NCBI GenBank assembly: GCA_013265495.1
Contig: MU058252.1
Span: forward strand, 1,770,244-1,834,243
DNA length: 64,000 bases
Direction: 5' to 3'
DNA from: Vicugna vicugna
Taxonomy: Eukaryota
A program made the position numbers and the translations under genes. Of the stretch, positions 49,362-63,190 are shown piece after piece (the stretch's first letter is position 1; the number at the start of each line of letters is the position of its first letter). Under the pieces are notes generated by a model. The model worked only from the letters and a program-made list of their open reading frames with translations, had not been told where the DNA came from and ran no database searches.

Positions 49362-49899
49362 GCCCGGGAACGCGGGGACCACAATCCAGTCGCAGGGCAC
49401 TGTGATGCGCAGCTCCCGTGAGAGAGACAGGCCAGCGGTCTGCGCTGAAGGAACACAAAGTGCTCACATAATGTAAGACACGCAGTAAAAGGCAACCCCA
49501 ACAACACAGCTCTCTTCTTGCTGCTAAGCCTCCTCTTGGCTCCCTGCAGCTCAAAAGAGTGTGGATTCCAATCATGAAAACTCAGAAAGGACGCCAGACC
49601 TGACTTCAGTCAACAACCCTCACTCTCTGGGATGGGCAGGCGTCTTAACTTCGGAAAGATCTGTGCTGGGCCATGAAAACATCAGGGGACTGCGTCTTAG
49701 TGTCAGAGGCAGCCGGACCGGCATTATTGCCTCTTGACACAGCGCCATGGTTTTTCATAAGGAATGAAAACACGTTTTGAATAAGCTGATCTCTAGGCTT
49801 ATAAAATTGATCCTTTCTTTTTTATGGAGACATTACATATTTACACGTGAGGGTATACACATACGTATTTGTACGTGTGTATGTGTGTGTCTATACACT

Positions 49900-52120
49900 T
49901 GTATGCATTGTATGTTACATATACATATAAACTCCACGTATCATAAATGGACAACTTGGTTAATTTTCACAAATGAAACACAACCACCACATAGCCACAC
50001 TCAGATGACAAAGCATATGTTTCTGTCACCCCAGAAATCCCCTTTGTGCAGCCTCCCAGAAACCACCTTCTCCAAAGCAACTCCCGCTCTCAGTGCTGAT
50101 AGCACGGATTTTTTACCTGCTTTGTGACTTATACACACGGAGCCACGCTTACGTGCTCTTTTGTGTTTGCAATTTTTGCTCAACATGGGGTTGGTGAGAT
50201 TCCACCCTGTTATTACACACATTTGAAGATTATTCTTGTTGCTGCAGGGTGTTCTTTTGGGTGTGCTTTGCGTAATTTACTTAAACTTTCTGCAGCTGGT
50301 CGGCATTTGGGTCGTTTCTAGTTTGGGAATATTATGACTGATGCTGCCATGAGCCTTCTGGTGTGTTTTGGTGAGCACACGCACACATTTCTGTCGGGTG
50401 TGTGTCCAGCAGTAGAATTGCTGAGTCATAGGTATGCGTATGTTAATTTTAGTGGTTAATGCCTAACAGGTTTCCAAAGTGGTTGCAACAATTTAGTCTG
50501 ACCTGCAATGTGAGATTTTTGTTTGCTCTTTATTTTAAACTGCTACTTAGTATTTTCAATATTAAAAATTTTAGTTCTAGCAAGAGTGTTATGGTACCCA
50601 ATTTTGCTAACTAGTGAAATTGTGCCATTTTTGTGTGTTTATTGGCTGGTTGAGTCTCTTACACAGTGTCTGCTCAAATCATTAGCCCCCGTCTTTTTTT
50701 ATTGGGTTCTCTTTTTCTTATTGATTTGTAGGGATTCTCTATATATTCTGAAAGTTGGTCCGCTGTTGACTCTATTTCATTACAATTATTTTCTCCTACT
50801 CTGTGGGTTGCATTTATCTTCTCTTAATGATGTTTTTTGATAAATAGAAGTGCTTTACTTTTTAAATTGACTTTTTAAAATTGATTTACAATGTTGTGTT
50901 AATTTCTGGTGTACAGCATAGTGATTCATTTATACATAAATGTGTTCCTTTTCATATTCTTTTTCATTGTAGGCCATTACAAGGTGATGATTATAGTTCC
51001 CTGTGCTGTACAGTAGGACCTTGCAGTTTATCTATTTTATATATAGTAGTTAATATCTATGAATTTAGCCAATTTAACCCTTCCCACCCCCTCCCTGTCT
51101 CATAACCGTATGTTATTTTCTATGTCTGTGAATCTGTTTTGTAAATGAGTTCATGTTCCCCGCAACCCCCCCCTTTTTTAGATCCAACCTGTAAGTGACA
51201 TCATATGGTATTTGTCTTTCTCTTTATGGCTTACTTTACTTAGTATGATGATCTCCAGTCCATTCACGTTGCTGCAAATGACATTATTTCATTCTTTTTT
51301 ACGGCTGAGTAGTATTCCATTGTATAAATATACCACATCTTTTTTAACCAGTCATCTGTCAGTGGACATTTAGGTTGCTTCCATGTCTTGGCTATTGTAA
51401 ATATTGCTGCTGTGAACACTGGGGTGCAGGTGTCTTTCTGAATTAGAGTTCCCTCTGGATATATGCCCAGGAATGGGATTGCTGGATCACATGGTAGCCT
51501 TATTTTTAGTTTTTTAAGGAACCTCCATACTGTTTTTCACAATGGCTGCACCAGATTACATTCCCACCAACAGTGTAGGAGTGTTCCCTTTCCTCCACAC
51601 CCTCTCCAGCATTTATTGTTTGTGGACTTTTGAATGATGGCCATACTGACTGGTGTGAGGTGATACCTCATTGTAGTTTTGATTTGCATTTCACTGAGAA
51701 TTAACAATATTGAGCATTTTTTCATGTCTCTATTGGCCATGTGTATGTTTTCACTGGTGAAATGTTTCTTTAGGTAGAAGTTCTGATTTTAATGTGACTA
51801 ATTTATGTTTTTTTTTTTCTTTTTCTTTTTTGGTTATTCTTTTTTTTTCTTTTATGGTTATTTCTTCTTTCACCCTTTTAAAGAGATCTTGCCTACTGCA
51901 AGGTCACAAAGATGTCATCTATGATTTCCTTTAAAAAGCTTTATTGTTACACCATTTATATTTAGATATTCAATCCAATTGGCATTGTTTTTTTCCTATT
52001 GTGTGATGGGGCCAATATATTTTTCTCATATAGGTATAAAACTGTCCCCACACTGCTCATTGAAAACATCATCTTTTCCCCCACTGTGCTGCAATGTCAC
52101 CTTTTTCATAAATCAGAAGA
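49900..52120 (-). mobile_element. Old L1 (L1MD/ME-like) carrying a younger nested L1 (~50860-51775)
   Basis: Antisense L1 throughout. The nested copy encodes [31 protein letters not shown]...[17 protein letters not shown] (ORF2 Cys domain), with approximate TSD tagaagtgct/tagaagttct. Confidence 0.9.
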
Positions 52121-52779
52121 TCATGTGTGTGAATGTGTGTGTACGTGAGTGTGTGTGTGTGGTTCAGTTACCTTTGATTTTATAACACAAACTTCAAAAA
52201 ACATATACATTTAACTATTAAAGATATTTTGTTTCTTGTTGCCAATGTTTATATAGGAAAAAATATATTTATGTCCCAAATCAACTCAATATATATTTTA
52301 GCTAAATGATCTGCAGGAAAAGTCTCACATTCCATTCCAGATGGAATTGGTGGACTGTGAGGATCCTTTGTGGATGCTGTGGAAAGCATGCTGAGTGTCA
52401 GCAAAGGCACCTCAGATGCTCCCCCTGCTCCAGCACCAAACCACTGTCTGGTAACAGTCATGTTGGTGATTATATGTGGTGACTTTTGGTTATGTTCCCT
52501 CTAACTTGGCAGTTTTGTTACTTATGTGTAGGTGTTTTGCTGTGTTTCAGTTACTTTTCAGGAGGCTGGTAGGAGGTTTTCCATTTATTCAAGTTGCATT
52601 TAATACAGTAGGAAATAGAGTCCTGCTTTTGTACAGATGTGAATTTCAGGAAGGGGTTCCTGATGTTAAGCAGGAGATGCTTGCTTTTTGCTGTAGGTAC
52701 TTTGTACACTTAAAGATGCCCATGTAGAAATTACCTGCAGGCATTCTGTGATTCAGATTTCAGCTTGTTTTTTCTTCTT

Positions 52780-54290
52780 TTTTTTGTGGGCACTTGAAAA
52801 GAATGTGTATTCTGCTGTTCCTGGGTAGAGTGTTATGTAAATGTTAATTAGACTTGTTGGTGATGGTGTTGCTGAGTTCTTCTACATCCTCTTTGATTTT
52901 CTGTCCAGTTAGGTCAGTTGTTGAGAGATGAGTGTTGCCATCCTCAACTATAATTGTAGATTTGTCCATTTCTCCTTCAGTTCCATCAGTTTTTGCTTCA
53001 CATATTTTGCAGCTCTGTTGTTTGGTGCATACACAATTACGATTGCTGTATCTTTTTGGTAGATTGACCCTATTACTGTTGTATAATGTCACCCTCTCTG
53101 TCTCTGTTAATTCTGTTTCCTCTGACGTCTAATAAAATCTGATATTAATGTAGAGACTCCTGATTTCTTTTGATTACTGATTGCAAAGTACATCTTTTTT
53201 TCATGCTTTTATTTTCAACTTGCCTGTGTATTTATATTTGAAGTGAGTTTCTTGCAGACAACATATAATTGGGTAATATTTTTTAATCCACTCTGCCAGC
53301 TTCTTTCTTTAAATTGGAATAGTTAGACCATTGACATTGAAGTAAGTATTGGTATGTTAGGGCTTAGGGTTGCCCTTTTACTTTTGTTTTTTGTTTGTTC
53401 TCTGTTTTCATTTTCTTGCCTTTCTATTGATTACTTGAATTCAAAAAACTCATTTAAATATATCTGCAGTGGTTTTGAGTGTACGGTTTACATAGGTTTT
53501 AGCGGTTGCTTTAGGCATTGCGCCGTGTGTGTGATACGTATGTGCCTTACTGGCGTCGTCATTTTCCCAGGCTGAATGTATTTATCCTGCTTCGTGTGGT
53601 TTTGAATTTTCAGGAACTGTGGTTTGGCGTCTGTTGTTAATTTTGGAAAAGCCTCTGCCGTATTTCCTCAAATATTTTTTCTGTTCCTTTCTCTCTTCTT
53701 GCAGTTTTCTAATTATGCTTATATTTATTTATTTTTCTCTATTAGACGAGAAAGAAGGTTGGTGGGCTTGGAGTGGGAAGAATTCTCTTCCACCTGCTGG
53801 GGTAAATCTCTGACAATTTTTCCCCCCAGGGAGTAGGCTTTTGTCGTGAACCCACTCTGGGCACATTTTGCGGTGCTCACCCCTCTCCCCCATCAGAGCT
53901 GTGAGGGCATCTTTCTCAGAACTTCACCGCGACAGCCTAGGAAGCTCCCGGAGGTGAGCCCATGGGTGTGTGGCCGCATCGCCCTCCAAGCTGCAACCCA
54001 AAGGGGTCTCTTACACTTGAACTAGTAACACGCAGCCTCCAGCAGCCCACCAAATCGCCACTTAGTGTTCTGCCAGTGTGTGCCTCCAGGTAACAGACCT
54101 CAGCTGGGAGTCTCTGTGTCCACCTGTCTGTCCAGAACTGGAGGGGGTGGGGGGTTTCCCTGCCACGCCAGTTCTCTAATGGGTCCAGTAAAAATCGCTG
54201 GTTTTCAGTATGTCCAGCTTCCACTTGTTGTAAGGACGAAAGTGATGACTTCCAAGCTCTTCGCATGTTGGAGCAGAGCCTGGAAGTCTT
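52780..54290 (-). mobile_element. L1 fragments: ORF2 endonuclease region and 5' region
   Basis: ORF 52844-53092 contains GEMDKSTIIVEDGNTHLSTTD...GQKIKEDVEELSNTI (L1 endonuclease); 53600-54290 resembles an old L1M 5' end. Confidence 0.8.
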
Positions 54291-57200
54291 TCACATCGTA
54301 TTTTCATTGTTGTTTACTTCTGTTCTTTAAAGGAAGAGACTGCAACTTCAGGATCGAGGATGCTGACTGGAGAAAAAGTAAGAGTCAAAATCATTGATTA
54401 AATAAATTAAATGCTCATTCGAAGTGGCTAATGGCATCAGCATTTTAAAAATGGGAAAATGGAAGTTCAGATGTTAAACAGTTTAACTTAACAATCAATA
54501 GGGACTATATTCAAAGACCTTTGATCCAAATTTTACATTCTTGCTGTAAAATAGAGAACCATAAACAACCTTTGTAATTCAGTGTTATAATACACGTCAT
54601 AAGTGCGAATATAAATTAAAGGGGGGGAGCAATATGTGCTGAAGTAACGATGACAACATTTATGGAAGTTATTTATAGTGTACATTGAACTAGACTTCCA
54701 AAGGAGGCTAGAATTCACTTGATTGAAGGGGAGAGAGAATTCCCAGTGTTTTCTAGGGAACAGAGTCAGCAAGCTGAGGAGTACTGCTTGATGGGAGTAA
54801 GCCATCACATGAAACGAAGCTTGAAAGCAAAGTGGGCAAAGATTCTCATTTGAAAATAAAAAATAAAACTCCATCTTGTGTTTTACACTCAGGACCAGTA
54901 GTTCTTGGCTTCATGTAAGAGTAACAGGGTGTTAACTCTTCCAAGCACCATATCTGAGGCATTTAAGGTTGATGGGGTTATCCAGCCCTTCCTCAGTGAC
55001 TTGCCTCCCCTCCTGCACCTTGAGGTCCTGGAAACAAGCCTGACCCACGTTGTTCTCCAGTACAGCACGCGGACGGTGCCCGGTGGAGGGAGCGCGGGGA
55101 AAATGGCTGCCTGCCAGTTACCAGCGCGGTGAATCCTGTGGCTGCCTGAATGTTTGTGCATCGATACCAGAAGCAGGTAAGAATGAAATAACGTCCACAT
55201 GTGCTTGGAAACGACAGGTTAAAGAGCGGTAATGCTAATCAAGCGAGGCTGGATGCACCAAAACAGTTTCAAAAATTAATGACCCAACTGGCTCCTTAAA
55301 TTAGGTAATGATGCTAAGAGTTTTCCAGAGATGCACCTTTAATAAAACCACTCAAGTGTGCTTTGGGCTCAAACATCCCAGTCAGGCTGGTCACAGATTG
55401 TCCTGTGATAAAAGCAATGGGAGCTGGAAGAGGTCTTCACTTCCTCATCTGTCATCCGATCTGCAAAAGGTCTCTGAGGTCCAGGGAGAAGAGGCTGCTT
55501 GCTCGGAGCTAGACGTTTCCACTGGTCACCGTGCTACCTCCCGAACTTCCTGAATTACTCTGTAAACTTGGAGATGAGGGCGGTCTATGGGCTGTGCTGG
55601 GCGTGCTGGGGTCGTGAGAGGTCCTGGAAATTTGGGGTGTAGCTTTGAGTCAGCTTCTTCACGCGGTAGTCTCTGAGGTGAGAACCATCTGTCTCCCAAA
55701 CTCTTACTGCTTTTCTCAGCTCAAAGAGTCACTTCTTGTCTCAGACCACAAACTGACGGAGATGGTGTGCTTTCTACGTGTGAACTAGGAAATAAATCCA
55801 GAAATAGGATTTGGACAGGGCCGTGGATTCGTAACAGACAGTGAGGACCACAGTGGGAGAAGCAGCCGTCTCCGCAGGTGTGTGCTGCCAAGCCCTCCCC
55901 CCTGCGGAAGTCCTCTGAACACCCCGAGAGATGGCAGGTCGGCCTCAACGTGATCGCCCCAGTTACGGGGCGTTCCCGCTGTACGAGTCGCCTTAGCCAC
56001 GTGGCGGACAGAGCCGGAGTCGTCCGCGGCTCGTGGAGATGAACTCTGCCCCGGCAGAAGGAAGGCTACGCCAACTTCCCTTAAGGGCAGAGACTGCAGA
56101 ATGACGTTGATATTGTGAATATTGTGGAAGAAAAAGATGTCTCGGTCAAAGGGTCTCTTTAGCCATCTCAGAGAGGCTAGAGTGGGCAGCCGGTGCTTGC
56201 GACCAAGGTAGTCAGGATAACCCAGAAGCTGGAAAATAAAGGTTAAAATAGGAATGGTGGGCTGGAAAAAGACAAGAAGAGGACTGTGGAAAGGAGATGA
56301 AGGCAGACCAGGGCAGCCAAGCTGGCCGGCGCGGCGTCCCAGAGCCAGGGACTGGGTAGAATCTGCCTGATCGCCCACCTTGCAGTGTCTCTGGTCCATT
56401 GGGGGCATTTCTCCTGCCTAATGATGCGGCCAGGCGACTGCGAGCTTCAGGTAAGAAAGGAAATTGACCCTGCGTAGGCAAGCATCTGGCAGCTGGCGGT
56501 GAGATCCCTTACTCCCAGAAACGCATCATCTTGCTTCTGCCGACGTAAAGGAAGTGAAATGTTTTCTCCGGGAAATGCATTCGTGGAGGCCCTTCCGTCC
56601 CACTTTTGGACTTCTGCTGGCTCCCCACAGAGCTCTCTTCCTCCTCCTTGGAGGTGTTGCAGAATCCATTCTCTTGAGATGATGCAGGCTGTTAGAAGTA
56701 GTATTTCTTCCTGCAATAACTAGATTGAAATGTTGAATTTCAGATCTTGGATTTTGGGAAACTATTTTCCCATCTTCTCCAACGAATTGCACGTTATAAC
56801 GTGCTCGTTATATGGTGTAAATCTAATGTCCAGGGAATTCAGGGAAAATAGGCCATGACTTTCAAAAGGAAATCCAGAACCTGTTTGGGGCTGGGTATTT
56901 TGGGGGTGTGTGGACTTTCTGTGATGTCTTTCCCAAGGTGAGGAGGAGCCCCTCCAAGCTGCCCACTGTGGGTTTATAACGGAGACCCCACAGATAAGAC
57001 ACGGGGAGACATACAGGGCAGATACGGGCTTCAGCCTGACATCCATCTCTTGGACACAACCAACTGGAGGAAATAGCACGATAATATGTCTTCTTCCTTT
57101 TTTCATGTACTTTACAAACATTCTGATCATGTTCATATGTCATCAGGGTCTTACAAATTTCTTAAGCTATTTTCCAGTGTGGAGTTTTGCTTGTTTCTGC

Positions 57201-58049
57201 TGGAGCTGCGGCCTCCTAACAGACTTACTTCTGTCATCACCGGGTTCCAGTCTTCCCCTCCGGATACTCACGGAAAGGCTCAGAGCTAGAAAACAGTAAG
57301 GCCAGAGGGCAGAAGAAGAGATCTGTGGGCACCTCCATCTCCGTCGTAACTATTCCAACACCAGTACGTGGTGTCAAACTTTCAGCCAGACATTCATGCA
57401 GGTGACAGATCCGTCTTCCTTTTCTCAACCCATTAACGAAGGATCCATCTAGCTCCTACTATCCTGGATGCTGTGCTGGTTCTGGTGCAGAGAAAGGAAC
57501 ACAGGAACAGAGCCCTCGCTGAGACACGGACCGCCTCCCCTCGGGAGCAGGATCCCGTGCCCAGGCCGCCCATGGCCCCTCCCAGTGGAGGAAACAAGGT
57601 GGGAGCATCTCTAGTAACAGATGATGCACTCGGCCAGGTGGTGGGGAGGCCCGGGGAGCAGCCGTCTGAGAAGGGGCTCTCCTGCTGCTGAGCACAGGGC
57701 AGCGGCATGGCTGCACCACTGATGCAGATCATCTCCAGGCTCAGGGTCCTCACCCATCAGACGACGGGACTGAAAGGAAACTTCAGTGTGTGTGTGTGTA
57801 GCCTGTATACGCTCATATATATAAGTGTGTAGACATATATATATATATTTGGTCTGTAATTATTATAAATGAGAAGACAAAACATAAGGTTGAAGTTTCT
57901 CATCTTTAATTCTGGGACTGTTGTTTTTCTTTCTCAACTTTTGGCTTTTTTTTTCTTTATCTCTGTTGAGATTCACCTGACTTTCATAATAAGCCATTGC
58001 TCTACTCTGCCTAAAGTTAGGCTTTCTTTTTTTATTTTTAGTACTGTCA

Positions 58050-58480
58050 CTTTATTTATTTATTTAAATCGAAGCATAGTCGATTTACAATGTTGTGTTA
58101 GTTTCTGGTATACAGCACAGTGATTTGGATGTATATATATATCTGTTCTTTTTCAGGTCCTTTTCCATTATAGGCTATTACAAAATATTGAATATAGTCC
58201 CCTGTGCTGTACAGCAGGACCTTGTTGTTCCTCTACTTCATGTGTAGTAGTTTGTATCTGCAAATCCTGAACTCCTAATTCATCCTTCCCCTTCCCTCTG
58301 TAACCATAAGTTTGTTTTCTATGTCTGTGAGTCTCTTTCTGTTTTGTAAATAAATTAATCTGTGTCATTTTTTCAGATTCCACACACACGTGACGTCCTG
58401 TGGTATTTGTCTCTCTCTGTCTGACTTACTTTGCTTAGTATGATCATCTCTAGGTCCGTCCATGTTGCTGCAGTGAAATT
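58050..58480 (-). mobile_element. Lineage-specific L1 3' end
   Basis: gatttacaatgttgtgttagtttctggtatacagc...ctctaggtccgtccatgttgctgca. Confidence 0.9.
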
Positions 58481-59509
58481 AGCCCTCTTTTAAACCTCTG
58501 CCTTTCCTGTTCCTGTTTTCCCTCCTTTTCCCAAACAGAAAACCAAACATGGAGGAAATCAACAGAGAGAAACGACACATTCTGCTCGGGAGTTTTCCCT
58601 AAATTACATTTGTTAGAGTCGGGCCTTTTCATACCCTATTTAATATATTCCATTGAGGTCATTTTCAGTCTTGAAGTTTCTTCCCATTTCTTTCATTTCA
58701 AAAAGTGAGAAGTTAATATCTTGCCTTTTAAAAATTAATAGCAACTAATTGGAACTACGATGAAGGCCAAACGGAGCGTTAGTATGAATTGCTGACATAG
58801 GTCTCTTTGGGAGAAAATGTATGGCAGGACTAAGGCAATGATGCATTTTTTAATCCCCCTTTTAATGATGGATTTTCATTGCATAAAATTCGCACACAGC
58901 CACCAAAGTGTGGCAAGAGAATATATTGCCCAAAACAGGCAGAAAACTTAATTTAAAATCTAGTTCAGTCGGGGGCAAATGCCGGGGAGGCCAGCTGTGA
59001 TGATTCCTCGTGGCGGTGGAGGCTGTGGCAGGAATAACCTTGGATTAAGTGTGGGGAGATCTGGCCTCTAATCTGCATCCAGTAAAACTGCGTGTCCTGT
59101 GGAGAGTTACTTCCTTTCCCTGTGAGTCTGCGGAGGGAGGACAACACCTGCCGGTCTTGTTGTCCGTCCCTGCAGGAAAAGTCACCTCACAGCTCCCAAG
59201 CCACCCTTGGGCTGTAAGGGAGTTGGTCTGCGGGTCCCGGGTGAGCCACGTGTCTGCCTGGGGTTCAAGGGAGCTGAAGCAGGTTCTGCAGGAGCATTTA
59301 GAACCAGAGATGCTCTTTCCACCATTTTTAGACTGTACCTGCTTTTTGCCTAAGTGACCGTTTTTAATGCTTAATATTGCCTTGGAATATGGAATGCTTG
59401 TTAACCTTTCAAAAAAACAATTAGCACCTACTCAAATATTGTTTGATTATAACTTCTTGTAGGCTTTCTTTTCTACATAGAGATTTAATTAATTTTGTAT
59501 TTTAATTTT

Positions 59510-59920
59510 TTTTCCCCAGGCTTATTGCAATATAACTGACACCTAATGTTGGGTAGGTTTAAGGTGTACACCATGTTGATTTGGTACATTTACCTATTGC
59601 AAAATGAAGCCCCTCATAGCCTCAGCAAACCCTTCCATCCCGTCATGTAATTACCATTTCTTTGTTTTTTTTGAATTTTTAAAAATTTTTCATTGCAGTC
59701 TAATCAATTTACAATGTTGTGTCAGCTTCTGGTGCATTGCATCATGTTTCAGTCACATTGGAACATACATAGATTCATTTTCATACCATTTCTTCTGGTG
59801 AGAACATTTAACATCTACTGTCAGCAACTTCCAACTGTATGACGCAGCGTTACTCACTGCAGTCACCACGCTGTACTTTAGACCCCCGTGATTGTTAATC
59901 TTCTATCTGGAAGTTTGTCT
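59510..59920 (-). mobile_element. L1 3' UTR with a short nested younger L1 tip (~59680-59800)
   Basis: gtttaaggtgtacaccatgttgatttgg...gtgagaacatttaacatctactgtcagcaacttccaa. Confidence 0.8.
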
Positions 59921-61429
59921 ACAGATATTTTTAATGTTTATTTAAATCCCAGCTGAGACCATGTGATTAAGGATGGCACTTTAAATCTCAAAAGCTACAG
60001 TTTTGATGGATAAGTTACAAATATAAATGAAGTAGCTTTGCTTTTGAGCTGGCCTGCACAATTCTCTGAGGACTGTTGGGATGGAATTAAGCCTTAGCTG
60101 GTACCTAGGGGCCAAATCCACAGGGATTTCTCTGTTGGGAAATTGGTATATTTGCTTCCGTAGTGAGAAATATAAAATGACAAAAATTCCCTTCTGGCCT
60201 GAGAGTGAACATATTACAATGGCAAAAAGAAGAAAAACAAAGACGCTTGGCTGCTGTGGTTTGCCGCGGCCTCTCACTGCATCCGCCTGAAATTCTTAGC
60301 GGCTGTTCTCGTCCGTGCAATTTCTGTCCTCAGCCATCCAGCCCCCGTCTCAGTGAGGCTCCGGTTTGTATTGACCGAGAGTCCAACCCTTGGTGCTGGA
60401 CAATCCAGACCCCACATCTTCATCACCCCACTTCCCAGGTGTGTCCTTATCCCCAGCCTCTGTTTTCTTATCTGTATACAGGCACAGAGATAGGAAGCAC
60501 TTAGAGGTTCACACGAGGGTGAGTGACTGCGTGAAGCGCTTCGCGCAACGGGCAGTGTTACGGGCTGTTTGGCAGCCGCTTTTGTTACTGGATTTCATTC
60601 TCATTATCCTTCCGTTTCTCAGTGCCCCACTCCCCTGAGCAGGCTGTTCCAGCTCTCAGAATTCTTCACGGCTGGGTGACCCTGTGGGTCTCCTGGGCGC
60701 CACTCTTAAGGGGCAGCTCACAGCAGAGACGCTGAGGTTCCGGGGAGCTGCTCTGAACCCAGACCCCTCCTCATGCGACTGCTCTTCCCCTGTACTGGCC
60801 TGTGTCCCAGAAGCATTGCCCCGAAGTGATGGTTGAAACTTCACTGCGCAGAGTAGAGGTGGGGCCCTGGGTCACCAACTGTCCACTTAGAGCTACTTCC
60901 AGCCCCAACTTCCCTTTCCTGGACGTGTCCATCTGATGGTAATGCACGTTTGAGAAGGAACATCATGGAAGCACGGTTCTCATATTTCATCCTGAGACAA
61001 GATGACTGTACATACGATGAAGTGAAGACTCACACATACCCTTTGGGTTAATTGTGCCAACAATGGTTTAGAGCAACTCAGAGAAACACATATACGTGGC
61101 TGCCCTGGGTGATTTGGAGCCGATTTCAGATCACCTTCTCTTCCTGAGTTCAAAACGGAGCTTTCCCCTATGGCATGACTTCCACGCAGGTTTCTAATGA
61201 GTCTTGACTCCAGGTGTGGTCTGAGCAAAGCAGGGTGCAGGACCCCTTCTTGTTACCTGGGTGGAAGGGTCTCTGCCTGCCTCTTAAGGTGGCATTGACA
61301 TTTAGGGCATGTTATCATGTCCAGAACTTACTGCCAAAAAGTGGGAGGTTTTCACTGTCTCGAACTATTGTCAAGCCTCACATCCTCTATCATGTCCTGC
61401 ACTTGAGTTTTTGACCTTAATGCAGGCCA

Positions 61430-61748
61430 TTTTTTTTCCTTTTTAAAAATGAAGTATAGTCGGTTACAATATGTCAATTTCTGGTGCACAGCACCATGTC
61501 CCAGTCATACATATATATATGTATATTTGTTTTCGTATTCTTTTTCATTAAACTTATTACAAGATATTGAATATAGTTTCCTGTGCTATATAGAAGAAAT
61601 TTGCTTTTTTATCTATTTTTATATATGGTGGTCAGCATTTGCAAATCTCAAACTCCCAAGTTTATCCCTTCCCATCCCCTTTTCCCGGTTACCATAAGAC
61701 AGTTTACCATGCCTGTGAGTCTGTTTCCGTTTTGTAGATGAGTTCAGG
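61430..61748 (-). mobile_element. Lineage-specific L1 3' end
   Basis: gaagtatagtcggttacaatatgtcaatttctggtgcacagc...tagatgagttca, flanked by caggcc on both sides. Confidence 0.88.
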
Positions 61749-62129
61749 CCTTTCTATTAAAAAGCAAGATGCTTCCTGCCCTATGAAATTTTCACTGGTC
61801 CTGAGTCCTCTTACTCATAACCACCTCCCCCAGGCAGCACCCTCAGCGCTCTGTGCTGAACTTGGACTGGACCTGGAGACCCAAATAACCCCTCCATGTC
61901 CTTCCAAAGCCTTATAGTCCTCGAGGACAATGCTCTACACACAGAAAATAAGTAAAAATGTACTTCTGTATAACCACCATGTGAAAATTTTTGCAAAAGG
62001 TAAGGCGTTATTCACATTGTAAAAGAATTTACTTTAGGGAAAGAAAAACAACTCATCTTGACGTTTCTTGACATAGCAAGTTAGCCTATTGCTGTGACTA
62101 GACTGATCTGAGAGCACTACCTTAGCACA

Positions 62130-62760
62130 CGACTCTCATGGAGATTTCCTGCTAATTAAATGAGACCTTGTCTCTCTTCTTTGGATCTTTGCCAAGTCAC
62201 CCCTGGGTTTGGAGCTAATTACCAGCTCCCACCAGGGCCTGCGAGGACCTGGGCTTCATGTTGATGAGCCCTCGCCGATTCCGACTCCGTCTCCCACCAC
62301 TTTCCGTATCCTCTTCTTTCTTGGACACACCATGTTTGTTTCTGCCTCAGGCCCTTTGCACGTGCCATGTTCCTACCTGAAGTTGCTCTTCCCCCAAGTA
62401 TTGGTCAGTGCTTCACTGTTATCATTCTGATGAGGACCAAATACCAACCCTCAACGAGGCTTCCCCTGAGCCCCTATTCATGTCAGCTCCACCCATTCAG
62501 TCTCTGTCCCGTTGCCTCTCAATTCCAAGCCATAACCTCAGCTTCTTTTCTCCTAAGTTCCGTATGTCTTGTCTACTCTCAGGCTGTCCCCGTGGACACC
62601 TGCTTTCCTGGTACAATCATTAATCGCTCTCAAGAGTGTTCTGGTTTAAATACTAAGTTATACAGTGATCATATTTGTCACTCCTGGAGATGATAGTTAC
62701 TTATTTTTCCATAAGTAAATGTGGTGTCTCTTCACTAGAATGGAGGAATGGGAACTTTGC
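62130..62760 (+). mobile_element. Degraded L2 LINE
   Basis: ctgcctcaggccctttgcacgtgccatgttcctacctgaag. Confidence 0.6.
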
Positions 62761-63064
62761 ATCAGGGAATTGTTTAGGCCCTGGGAGGCAACAGCGAACA
62801 AACGTTGTGAGAACTCTGTAAATATTTTTTGATGGAACCAATTAAACAAAATGAATTATAGGCTTTCATATAGTGTGTTTGTACACAGACACATAAACGC
62901 ACTGAAGTGAAGACTTTTGGATCAGGTTTTACTTCATAGTTATGTGGACTCACTCTCCAAATTTTATATATATATAATATATAAATAGGAATAAACACAC
63001 ACTCATTTGGAGGAATGAGATTGTGAAGAAAATGTCAAGAAGTCCATTCAGAAAGAACCTTGCA

Positions 63065-63190
63065 GACATATCTGTGCATGACTGGGACGTGCTGCTGTGC
63101 ACCAAAAATGGACACACTGTAACTGACTACACTTCAGTTAAAACCAAAACCAAAAACAAAACGAAACAAAAAAAGAAAAAGAAAAAGAAT
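63065..63190 (+). mobile_element. Short L1 3' tip with A-rich tail
   Basis: tgcatgactgggacgtgctgctgtgcacc...gtaactgactacacttca followed by an (A)-rich tail. Confidence 0.85.

Noticed and set aside
56526..56792. RRRKR furin-like site suggesting a captured retroviral env
   Set aside because: No hydrophobic fusion peptide, immunosuppressive domain, CX6CC motif or TM anchor follows.
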